DNA of 64,000 bases, from positions 384,001-448,000 of the forward strand of contig CAWFJJ010000001.1 of assembly GCA_963816185.1 (NCBI GenBank), given 5' to 3'. This DNA is from Thermoanaerobaculia bacterium (lineage in GTDB: Bacteria > Acidobacteriota > Thermoanaerobaculia > UBA5066). The position numbers and the translations under genes are program-made. The notes under the pieces are model-generated. The model was not told the origin of the DNA, made no database searches, and worked only from the letters and a program-made list of their open reading frames with translations. Each line of letters starts with the position of its first letter. Position 1 is the first letter of the stretch. Of this stretch, positions 12,072 through 19,420 are shown one piece after another.

Positions 12072-12274
12072 GACGGCCGGGGCCGCCTCTTCCGGAGCGC
12101 GTCGAGGTCGCCCTGCCAGCCGATCTTGCCCGCGAGTCTCCGCAGGCCACGCAGCGCGCGCCGGCGCGCGTAATCGCGCAGCGCGTCGTTGATCACGGCC
12201 GTCTTCGTCTTTCCAGGGTCCGTCTTCAGCGCTGCCGCGAGGGCCTCGTCGTCGATGTTCAGCGTCGTCCTCAT
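12068..12274 (-). CDS. vapB: VapB-family antitoxin
   Basis: MRTTLNIDDE...TKTAVINDALR...WQGDLDALR; GTGA overlap with vapC. Confidence 0.9.
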   Translation of the reverse strand: MRTTLNIDDEALAAALKTDPGKTKTAVINDALRDYARRRALRGLRRLAGKIGWQGDLDALRKRRPRPS

Positions 12275-12286
12275 GATCTGCCTCTC

Positions 12287-12318
12287 GATGCAGATTCTAG
12301 CAGCCAGATGTCTGCATC
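12287..12318 (-). promoter_or_regulatory. vapBC promoter/operator: GATGCAGA-N16-TCTGCATC inverted repeat around a TAGAAT -10 box (12299-12294)
   Basis: Inverted repeat seen directly; this layout is typical of TA autoregulation. Confidence 0.55.
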
Positions 12319-12340
12319 AAGAGAAGAAGATATATCTACT

Positions 12341-12502
12341 ATCGGTGGCCCGCATTCGCGGGCCACCCGGAGATGGAAGGTGTCTCCCGAATGACCGATG
12401 TCAAGGGTCTTCGACCGCTGCGCGGCGCGCGGAGCGCGCCCTTGACTTCGGCCATTCGGGAAAAGATTTCGCTCTCCGGCGGCGGCGAATGCCGCCGCCG
12501 AT
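12341..12502. repeat. Nested palindromic element (REPIN/MITE-like): two inverted REP-like hairpins flanking a 75-bp Y-shaped hairpin
   Basis: Hairpins at 12344-12367 (GGTGGCCCGC-ATTC-GCGGGCCACC) and 12477-12500 (CGGCGGCGGC-GAAT-GCCGCCGCCG); central arms 12386-12407 / 12439-12460; related copy at 55556-55671. Confidence 0.75.
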
Positions 12503-12531
12503 ATAAGCAAAGAACCCTCTTGGTCCCCGCC

Positions 12532-14259
12532 CTACAGCACCGTCTCCCTCACGACCTCCTCGATCGACGTCATGCCGTCCTTGATCTTCTGGAGGCCCGA
12601 GCGCCGAAGGGAGACCATGCCCTCCTCGAGACCCTTTCTCTTGATCTCGATGGAGGACGCGCCCGAGAGAATGAGCTCGCGGATCTCCTCGGAGATCTCG
12701 AGCACCTCGACGAGGGCGACGCGGCCCTTGTAGCCGGTGTTGTTGCACTTCTCGCAGCCCTTGCCCTTCATGACCCGGATGCTCTTGGCGTCCTCGGCCG
12801 TGAACCCGAGCGACACGAGGACCTGGGGGGCGACCTCCGTGGGGCCCTTGCAGGCCGCGCACACGCGGCGGATCAGGCGCTGCGCCGCGATGAGGACGAC
12901 CGACGTCGCGACGAGGTACGGCTCGATGCCCATGTTCATGAGACGGTTGATCGTGGAGGGCGCGTCGTTCGTGTGGAGAGTCGAGAGGACGAGGTGGCCG
13001 GTCAGCGCCGCCTTGACCGCGATCTCGGCCGTCTCGAAGTCGCGGATCTCGCCGACGAGGATGATGTTCGGGTCCTGTCTCAGGAACGACCGCAGCGCGG
13101 CCGCGAAGTTGAGCCCGATCTGGTCCTTCATCTGGACCTGGTTGATACCCGGCAGGTTGAACTCGACCGGATCCTCGGCCGTGATGATGTTCGTCTCGGG
13201 CGTGTTGATGCGCGAGAGGGCCGAGTAAAGCGTGTTCGTCTTGCCCGAGCCGGTCGGCCCCGTCACGAGGACCATGCCCCACGGCCGCAGGATGGCCTTC
13301 TCGAACTTCAGGAGGCTGTCCTTCTCGAACCCCAGCTTCGTCATGTCGAGCATGAGGTTGTCCTTGTCGAGGAGGCGGCAGACGATCTTCTCGCCGAAGA
13401 GCGTCGGAAGGACCGAGACGCGGTAGTCGAGCTCCTTCACCTTGCCCGTGAGCTTCATCTTGATCTTGATGCGCCCGTCCTGAGGCAGGCGCTTCTCGGC
13501 GATGTCGAGCTTCGCGAGGATCTTGATGCGCGAGGCGATGGCCTCCTTGAGCTTCGGTGGCGGGTTCATGACCTCGTAGAGGATGCCGTCTATGCGGTAA
13601 CGCACGCGGTACTCGCGCTCGTAGGGCTCGATGTGGATGTCCGAGGCGCCGCGCTTGATGGCGTCCGTGAGGATGATGTTCACGAGGCGGATGACGGGGG
13701 CCTCCTCGCCCTCATCGACGAGCTTCTCGAGGTCGATCATCGCCTCTTCGGATTCCTCGACGACCTCGAGCGTCGTGTCGGCCGTGTCCGTGACCGACAT
13801 CTCCTCCATGACCTTCTTGAGCTCGAGGGCGTGAGTCGCGCCGTAATGCTTGTCGATCGCGAGCTGGAGCGCGGCCTCGGACGCGACGACAGGCTCGACG
13901 TTGTACCCCGTCATGAACTTGATGTCGTCCATGGCGAAGACGTTCGTCGGGTCGGCCATCGCGATCGTGATCGTCGCGCCGGTCTTGTTGACGGGAAGGA
14001 TGTTGTATTTGCGTGCGACGTCGGCGGCGACGAGCTTGAGGACGGCCGGGTCGATCTCGAAATGCGAGAGGTTGATCGACGGGACACCGAACTGCGCCGA
14101 GAGCGTCTCCGTGATGTCGTCTTCCGTGATGTGGCCGAGCTTGACGAGAGCTTCTCCGAGCTTCATCCCCGAGGACTGCACTTCCTTGAGCGCCTCCTGG
14201 AGCTGCTCGTTCGAGATTAGCTTCGACTTGACGAGAAGGTCCCCCAGCTTCACGGCCAT
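12532..14259 (-). CDS. pilB: Type IV pilus assembly ATPase PilB
   Basis: N-terminal MshEN-like KLGDLLV/KLGEALV, ASDIHIEP, RLPQDGRI, GPTGSGKT, LRQDP.IILVGEIRD, tetra-Cys motif. Confidence 0.95.
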   Translation of the reverse strand: MAVKLGDLLVKSKLISNEQLQEALKEVQSSGMKLGEALVKLGHITEDDITETLSAQFGVPSINLSHFEIDPAVLKLVAADVARKYNILPVNKTGATITIAMADPTNVFAMDDIKFMTGYNVEPVVASEAALQLAIDKHYGATHALELKKVMEEMSVTDTADTTLEVVEESEEAMIDLEKLVDEGEEAPVIRLVNIILTDAIKRGASDIHIEPYEREYRVRYRIDGILYEVMNPPPKLKEAIASRIKILAKLDIAEKRLPQDGRIKIKMKLTGKVKELDYRVSVLPTLFGEKIVCRLLDKDNLMLDMTKLGFEKDSLLKFEKAILRPWGMVLVTGPTGSGKTNTLYSALSRINTPETNIITAEDPVEFNLPGINQVQMKDQIGLNFAAALRSFLRQDPNIILVGEIRDFETAEIAVKAALTGHLVLSTLHTNDAPSTINRLMNMGIEPYLVATSVVLIAAQRLIRRVCAACKGPTEVAPQVLVSLGFTAEDAKSIRVMKGKGCEKCNNTGYKGRVALVEVLEISEEIRELILSGASSIEIKRKGLEEGMVSLRRSGLQKIKDGMTSIEEVVRETVL

Positions 14260-14268
14260 GGGGTGATT

Positions 14269-15189
14269 CTAGCGGTTCGGGTTGCGGCTGGCCGATCGCT
14301 CCTCATCGGCGGCGCTCCGGGGCGAGAGAGGGGGTTTCGCCCCGGGCACGATCTTTCGCAGACGGGCCGTGACGGAGCCGATCGGCATCACCGTCTTGGC
14401 CATCACGGGGAGTCGGCGCGCGTCGTCCGAAAACCAGAGGAAGAGCCTTCCGCGATTTCGGTCCTCGGCGGTCTCGTTCTCCCGGAGCTGCGGCTGCACT
14501 TTGAATGCTTCGAAAACGCCGGCCTCGGTCTCGACTCTCTCGCGGTCGAGGATGGAGGCCTTGAGCTTGTAGATCTTGCCGCGCGAGAACATGTCGACGC
14601 GGATATCCTGACCGACGACGAGAGGCTGGGTCCTCAGGAAGTAGAACGAGGAGATGATGTCCTGCACGCGCTCGGGCAACGGGGTCCGGTCCTCCCGCCA
14701 GCTCGCGATCCGGCGCGTCAGGTCGAACTCCTCGACCTCGTCCGACTCGTAACGCCCTTCACGCGCGTGCTTCTCGAAGCGAAGAGGCTGGAAGTCGCGC
14801 GCGTCCACCCAGGTCTCGTAGAGGTCGCGCACGGGGTAGAACTTCGAGACGTAGTCGTTCGAGGTCGCGACGAGGGCGATCCGGTGCACCGGCACGCCGT
14901 CCGTCGAGGTCACGCGCGACGTCCTGAGCGTCATTTCACCGCCTTCGATCTTCAGCCACGCGATCGTGTAGACGAGCGTCTCACCGTCGCCGAAGGGCAC
15001 GGGGTAGAGCCGGTCACGCGGGAGCGACTCGCGAGCAGCCGAGATCGTCGGGCCCTTCTCGACGGTGCCGGCGGCGCGCCCGCCCGCGAGGACGGCGAGC
15101 GCGGAGGCGGCCGCGAGAATGCCGGCGACGGCGCGCGCGCGCGGCCACACCTTATGCGAGGAGACGGCTGACGGCTTCAATGAGGGCAT
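14269..15189 (-). CDS. DUF3108-like exported protein
   Basis: Signal-like N-terminus, PFGDGETLVY, YPVRD.YET, QDIISSFYFLR, LWFSDDARRLPV. Confidence 0.75.
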   Translation of the reverse strand: MPSLKPSAVSSHKVWPRARAVAGILAAASALAVLAGGRAAGTVEKGPTISAARESLPRDRLYPVPFGDGETLVYTIAWLKIEGGEMTLRTSRVTSTDGVPVHRIALVATSNDYVSKFYPVRDLYETWVDARDFQPLRFEKHAREGRYESDEVEEFDLTRRIASWREDRTPLPERVQDIISSFYFLRTQPLVVGQDIRVDMFSRGKIYKLKASILDRERVETEAGVFEAFKVQPQLRENETAEDRNRGRLFLWFSDDARRLPVMAKTVMPIGSVTARLRKIVPGAKPPLSPRSAADEERSASRNPNR

Positions 15190-16258
15190 CGACGGGCCAC
15201 ACCGGCCCGGAACGATTGTATTCCGCGGGCAATTCCCGGAGGGCGGCCGTGCGCGGCCCGATCGGGCCGAAGCGCTCGACGAGCGTCGGGCCGAAGAGAA
15301 CGAGCGTCGGCGTGCCTGCGGCTGCCGCGAGGTGCGTGGGCCCCGTGTCGGCGCCCACGAAGAGCGCGGCGCGCGACGCGAGGCGGGCGGTGGAGGCGGG
15401 CGTCGTCGCGGGGGCGAGGATCAGAGGAAGAGGGAAAGATTCCGAAGAAGGGGATTTCTGAGAAAGTGAAGAGGGGAGGGGAGACGAGGACGAAGACAGA
15501 GACTTCTTAGAAAGGGTAATGAGCGCTTCCGCGCGGCTCTCTTCTCCGGGTCCCCAGCGGAGGACGGGCTGGATGTCTTCTTTCCCGAGCCATTCCGCGA
15601 ATGCCACGACGTCGCCCGCCGCCCACTCCTTGTTCACTTTCGAAGAAAAAGGCTGAAGCACCGCGAATCGCCGCCCGCCCATCTGGTCGAGCCAGGTGTC
15701 GACCGCAGCGTCTTCTCTCTCGACGAGGTGCTTGACGTCCGGTGTCCTCTCGAAGCCCGTTTTCCCCGTCACGTGCTCGGCGAGCGCGAGCATCTGGTCG
15801 GCGACGTGCGGGCGCGAGGCTCGATCGACGTCGACATGCTCGTCCGTGAACAGGCAGTTGATCCGCTCCGTCGCGGTCCGCCACCCGAATCCGACGCGGC
15901 GCCCGGCCGAAGAAGCTGCAGCGGTCACGAGCGCCGATTTGAAAAGCCCCTGTGCATCGACGACGAGATCGAAGAGAGAGCCATGCCCGCTCGCGGTGCT
16001 CTTTTCTCCTCTTACCTTTCTAAGAAATCCCCGGATCTCTTCTCTCGTCTTCCTCCCGAATCCTCGGCGCCGCCAGCCGCGTGTATCGACCGGCACGACG
16101 TCGTCGACGAAGGAAGCGCCGGCGACGAGAGGCGCGAGGGACGGCTCGATCGCCCACGTGAGGCTCGCCTCGGGGAGAGCGGTTCTCAGCGCCTTCGCCG
16201 CGGGAAGCGCGAAGACGACGTCGCCGAAGGACGAGAGGCGCACGAAGAGGATCCGCAT
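15152..16258 (-). CDS. waaC: LPS heptosyltransferase I (GT9) with atypical Ser-rich insertions
   Basis: RILFVRLSSFGDVV, DAQGLFKSA, GADTGPTHLAAA, LFGPT. Confidence 0.8.
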   Translation of the reverse strand: MRILFVRLSSFGDVVFALPAAKALRTALPEASLTWAIEPSLAPLVAGASFVDDVVPVDTRGWRRRGFGRKTREEIRGFLRKVRGEKSTASGHGSLFDLVVDAQGLFKSALVTAAASSAGRRVGFGWRTATERINCLFTDEHVDVDRASRPHVADQMLALAEHVTGKTGFERTPDVKHLVEREDAAVDTWLDQMGGRRFAVLQPFSSKVNKEWAAGDVVAFAEWLGKEDIQPVLRWGPGEESRAEALITLSKKSLSSSSSPLPSSLSQKSPSSESFPLPLILAPATTPASTARLASRAALFVGADTGPTHLAAAAGTPTLVLFGPTLVERFGPIGPRTAALRELPAEYNRSGPVWPVDALIEAVSRLLA

Positions 16259-16301
16259 CCGGGTCCCGCAACCTTAGCAGCCGTTGGGCTATCCTTGGGC
16301 C

Positions 16302-16883
16302 GTGCTCGAGTCTCCCGTGCTCGTTCTGAACCGCGGCTTCGCGGCCCTGACGCTGACGGACGTCAAGCGGACGTTCACGCTTTTCTACAAGGGGCACGTG
16401 CGCGCGGTCCTTCCCGACTACACGACGTACGCGTGGGACGAGTGGCAGGACATTCCCGTCCAGCCCGAGGACGACGTCGTGACGACTCCGAATCTCGTGA
16501 TCCGGGTGCCCCGTGTCATCCAGCTCCTTTCCTGCGAGCGCTCGCCCCGCAACGAGGTGAAATTCTCCCGGCACAACATCTACATGCGGGACGGAAATCG
16601 CTGCCAGTACTGCGGGAAGCGCTATTCCACCTCGGACCTCTCGCTCGATCACGTGGTCCCGCTCTCCCGCGGCGGGCCCTCGAACTGGGACAACATCGTC
16701 TGCGCCTGCCTCCCCTGCAACGTGAAGAAGGGCAACCGCCTGCCCGAGGAGGCCGGCATGAGGCTGCGTCGCGTCCCGGGCAAGCCGAGGGGGACCCCGC
16801 TCGGCCTCCTGTCGCCTCACCGGATCCATCCGACCTGGAAGAACTTCCTCGACATGGCGTACTGGAACGTCGAGCTGAAGTAA
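16302..16883 (+). CDS. HNH endonuclease (McrA/HNH_5-like)
   Basis: VLVLN N-terminus, RDGNRCQYCG, LDHVVPLSRGG, NIVCACLPCNVKKGNR; likely GTG start 6 nt after TATCCT. Confidence 0.88.
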   Translation: MLESPVLVLNRGFAALTLTDVKRTFTLFYKGHVRAVLPDYTTYAWDEWQDIPVQPEDDVVTTPNLVIRVPRVIQLLSCERSPRNEVKFSRHNIYMRDGNRCQYCGKRYSTSDLSLDHVVPLSRGGPSNWDNIVCACLPCNVKKGNRLPEEAGMRLRRVPGKPRGTPLGLLSPHRIHPTWKNFLDMAYWNVELK

Positions 16884-17047
16884 GAGAGTCGAAGATCCTT
16901 GACGGCCGACTTCGACGAACGAAGTCCCCTGACTGCACGGAAAGGTGCATCCGACTTCCCACGGGGGACGGAAGCTCGGGACCGGATCGACGGCTAAACC
17001 CTTCTGCACAAACTGCTTATATCCTGGCGTGACCTTACTCGTGTGCG

Positions 17048-17062
17048 TGGCAGCGGGGTTGC
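17048..17062 (+). promoter_or_regulatory. Putative sigma54 -24/-12 promoter TGGCAGCGGGGTTGC
   Basis: Correct GG-N10-GC spacing, about 50-60 nt upstream of the 17111/17123 start. Confidence 0.5.
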
Positions 17063-17110
17063 GCGGACTGTCTTGTCGGTAGGCCCCGAACCGGCCACAG
17101 AAACAGGGGA

Positions 17111-17416
17111 ATGGAGAAAAAGATGAAGAAGACCCTTTCCGCACTCGTTGCTGTTGCCCTCCTGTCGCTGGGCGTTGCCTTCGCAGACGAAGCGAAGACC
17201 GAGACGAAGACCGAGGCCAAGACGACGACCAGCCCCGTCACGGGCGCCACGACCGAAAAGGCCTCGACGACGACCGAGACCAAGACTCCGCACAAGACGA
17301 CCCACAAGAAGACGACCCACAAGAAGGTCACGAAGAAGAGCGGCGCCACCAAGAGCGAGACCACGAAGACCGAGGCGACGACTGCCTCGACGCCCGCCCC
17401 CGCCGCCACGAAGTAA
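17111..17416 (+). CDS. Small secreted Lys/Thr/His-rich low-complexity protein
   Basis: Signal peptide MKKTLSALVAVALLSLGVAFA (start probably 17123 after GGAG); repeats KTET and KTTHKK; followed by a terminator. Confidence 0.8.
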   Translation: MEKKMKKTLSALVAVALLSLGVAFADEAKTETKTEAKTTTSPVTGATTEKASTTTETKTPHKTTHKKTTHKKVTKKSGATKSETTKTEATTASTPAPAATK

Positions 17417-17443
17417 GCCTCAAAAAAAACAGCTTCGAGCTTC

Positions 17444-17474
17444 AACGCCCGGGTCTCGTACCCGGGCGTTTTTT
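17444..17474 (+). terminator. Rho-independent terminator
   Basis: AACGCCCGGGT-CTCGT-ACCCGGGCGTT followed by TTTT. Confidence 0.85.
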
Positions 17475-17497
17475 CATTCAGAGGTGAACGAGGGCTG

Positions 17498-18391
17498 TTA
17501 GTCGAGTCTCCATCGATTGTGAAGCCACAGCCATTGCTCCGGGTTTCGGCGAATCATCTGTTCCAGAATCCCGTTGAGGCGGGTGGTGAGCTTCTCGACG
17601 CCGCGTTCCGCCTCGGGAAGCGTGCGGACGTCCAGGGCCGGCTCGAAAGTCAGACGCCAGCGCGCCGGAGCGACGCGAATCGCCGCCGCCGGGATGACGA
17701 GGGCCTCCGTTCGATCCGCGAGCTTCGCGAGCGCCGACGACGTCGCGGTCGGATGGCCGAAGAACGGAGCCGTGACGGCATCCGGCGGGCGCGAGCGCTG
17801 ATCGTTCAGGATTCCGATCGCGCCGCCCCTCCGAAGAACACGCAGCATTTCCCGCGCCGCGTCGCGCTTTGCGATCACGGAGTTCCCCGTGGACGTGCGC
17901 AGGCGGGTGAGCGAGGCATCGAGCAGCGGATTGTCGAGCGGGCGCGCGATGACACTCGACGAAATGCCCAGCGCACCGGTGCCGAGCGCGGCCCATTCCC
18001 AGTTCCCGAGATGTGCGGTGAGGAACAGGACGCCGCGCCCGCTCGCCAGCGCGGCGCGCGCACCATCGGCTCCCTCCGTTTCGATCCGCGAAAGAGCGGC
18101 ATGGGGGTGGTGGCCCATCGCGTGGAGGAGCTCCGCCGCGACGCCGCCGAAATGCTCGAAGACGCGGACGGTAAGGGCGTCGATCCCCGCGGGCGAAAGC
18201 TCTGGATACGCGCGCGAGAGGTTTGCGCGCGCGAGATTCCGGCGGCGGGAATCGATTCTCAGATAGAAGCGGCCGAGGGCGCGGCCGAGGCCCTCAGCGG
18301 CCTCGGGCGTCATCTTCGCGAGAGCGGCACCGGCGGCGCCCGCGGCGAGCGCCTCAAGTCGATTTCGGAACGCGCTGCGCTGCTTCGACAT
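17498..18391 (-). CDS. lpxL: Lipid A late acyltransferase (LpxL/HtrB family)
   Basis: TAHLGNWE, RPLDNP, LNDQ, PEQWLWLHNRW. Confidence 0.85.
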   Translation of the reverse strand: MSKQRSAFRNRLEALAAGAAGAALAKMTPEAAEGLGRALGRFYLRIDSRRRNLARANLSRAYPELSPAGIDALTVRVFEHFGGVAAELLHAMGHHPHAALSRIETEGADGARAALASGRGVLFLTAHLGNWEWAALGTGALGISSSVIARPLDNPLLDASLTRLRTSTGNSVIAKRDAAREMLRVLRRGGAIGILNDQRSRPPDAVTAPFFGHPTATSSALAKLADRTEALVIPAAAIRVAPARWRLTFEPALDVRTLPEAERGVEKLTTRLNGILEQMIRRNPEQWLWLHNRWRLD

Positions 18392-18397
18392 CGGACC

Positions 18398-19420
18398 TCA
18401 GGAGGGCGGGCGTGCGAGGCGTGCGAGCGCCTCCGCGACGAAGCCGGGCTCCGCGACCGCCATCTCGACGGCGACCCGGAAGAGGGGAAGTCTCAGGCGT
18501 CCCTCCAGCTTGACCGCGTCTTTCTCCGTCGTGATGACGGCGGTCGCTCCGGATTCCTCGGCCGCACGTTCGATCCGGCCGAGCGCGAAGGGGGCATACG
18601 GGTCGTGGTCGCGAAACGTCTCGACGCGAACGGGCGCGATTCCGAGCGAGGCCAGCGTTTCGAGGAATGCGTTCGGGTGCGCGAGGGCCGCGACGGCGAC
18701 CAGCGTCCCGCCCGGCAGGTCTTCCGCGCAGACTTCTTCTCCGGAATCGTCGCGAATGCCGAGGACGCGGGTCGCGGCGTGGTAAACGGGCGCGCCGGGG
18801 GCCCACCGTGCCGCCAGACCGCGCGCGGGGGCGGAGTCCGCCTGCTCGCACTTCGTCACGACGACGAGGTCGGCTCTCTCCAGCGAAGACAGCGGCTCGC
18901 GCAAACCGCCCTGGGGGAGCAGCGCCCCGCCCGCGTCGGGCGCGGTCGCGTCGAGAAGCACCACGTCGAGGTCTCGAGCGAGAGCGACGTGCGAAAAGCC
19001 GTCGTCGAGGAGATGGAGGCCCACGTCCGGCACGAGCGCCTCCACGCGCCGTGCGGCCGCCACGCGGTCGCGGTCGGCCACGATCGGGACGCGAGGAAGC
19101 GCGCGGGCGAGGACGGAGGCTTCGTCCCCGGAATCGCGCACCGAGGCGACGGAGCCCGCGCCATCCGAGACGACGACTGCGCCCCGCGTCGCCCGGCCAT
19201 AGCCGCGCGTGAGAACCGAAGGCCGGATCTTTCGGCCGAGGAGCTCGCCCGCGAGCCACCGCACGAAGGGCGTCTTGCCCGTGCCGCCGGCCGCGAGATT
19301 CCCGACGGAGAGCACGGGCCGCCCCGCCCGCCGAACCCGGAGCAGACCGCGACGATACGCGGCGAGCCGCGCCGACACGGCGGTCCCGTAAAGAGCGGCG
19401 AGCGGCGCGAGGAAGGTCAC
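18398..19420 (-). CDS. lpxK: Tetraacyldisaccharide 4'-kinase
   Basis: SVGNLAAGGTGKTP, RGYG, GDE, LDDGFSH, TTEKDAVKL. Confidence 0.93.
   Translation of the reverse strand: MTFLAPLAALYGTAVSARLAAYRRGLLRVRRAGRPVLSVGNLAAGGTGKTPFVRWLAGELLGRKIRPSVLTRGYGRATRGAVVVSDGAGSVASVRDSGDEASVLARALPRVPIVADRDRVAAARRVEALVPDVGLHLLDDGFSHVALARDLDVVLLDATAPDAGGALLPQGGLREPLSSLERADLVVVTKCEQADSAPARGLAARWAPGAPVYHAATRVLGIRDDSGEEVCAEDLPGGTLVAVAALAHPNAFLETLASLGIAPVRVETFRDHDPYAPFALGRIERAAEESGATAVITTEKDAVKLEGRLRLPLFRVAVEMAVAEPGFVAEALARLARPPS

Noticed and set aside
16960-17065. Possible c-di-GMP-I riboswitch (GGCAGCGGGGTTGC end, GGCTAAACC)
   Set aside because: The GGCAAA...GAAA...GACGCAAAGC core is missing or wrongly spaced; the 3' part fits a sigma54 promoter better.
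17035-17445. 136-aa hydrophobic minus-strand ORF
   Set aside because: Antisense shadow of the K/T-rich secreted protein, which has the RBS, signal peptide and terminator.
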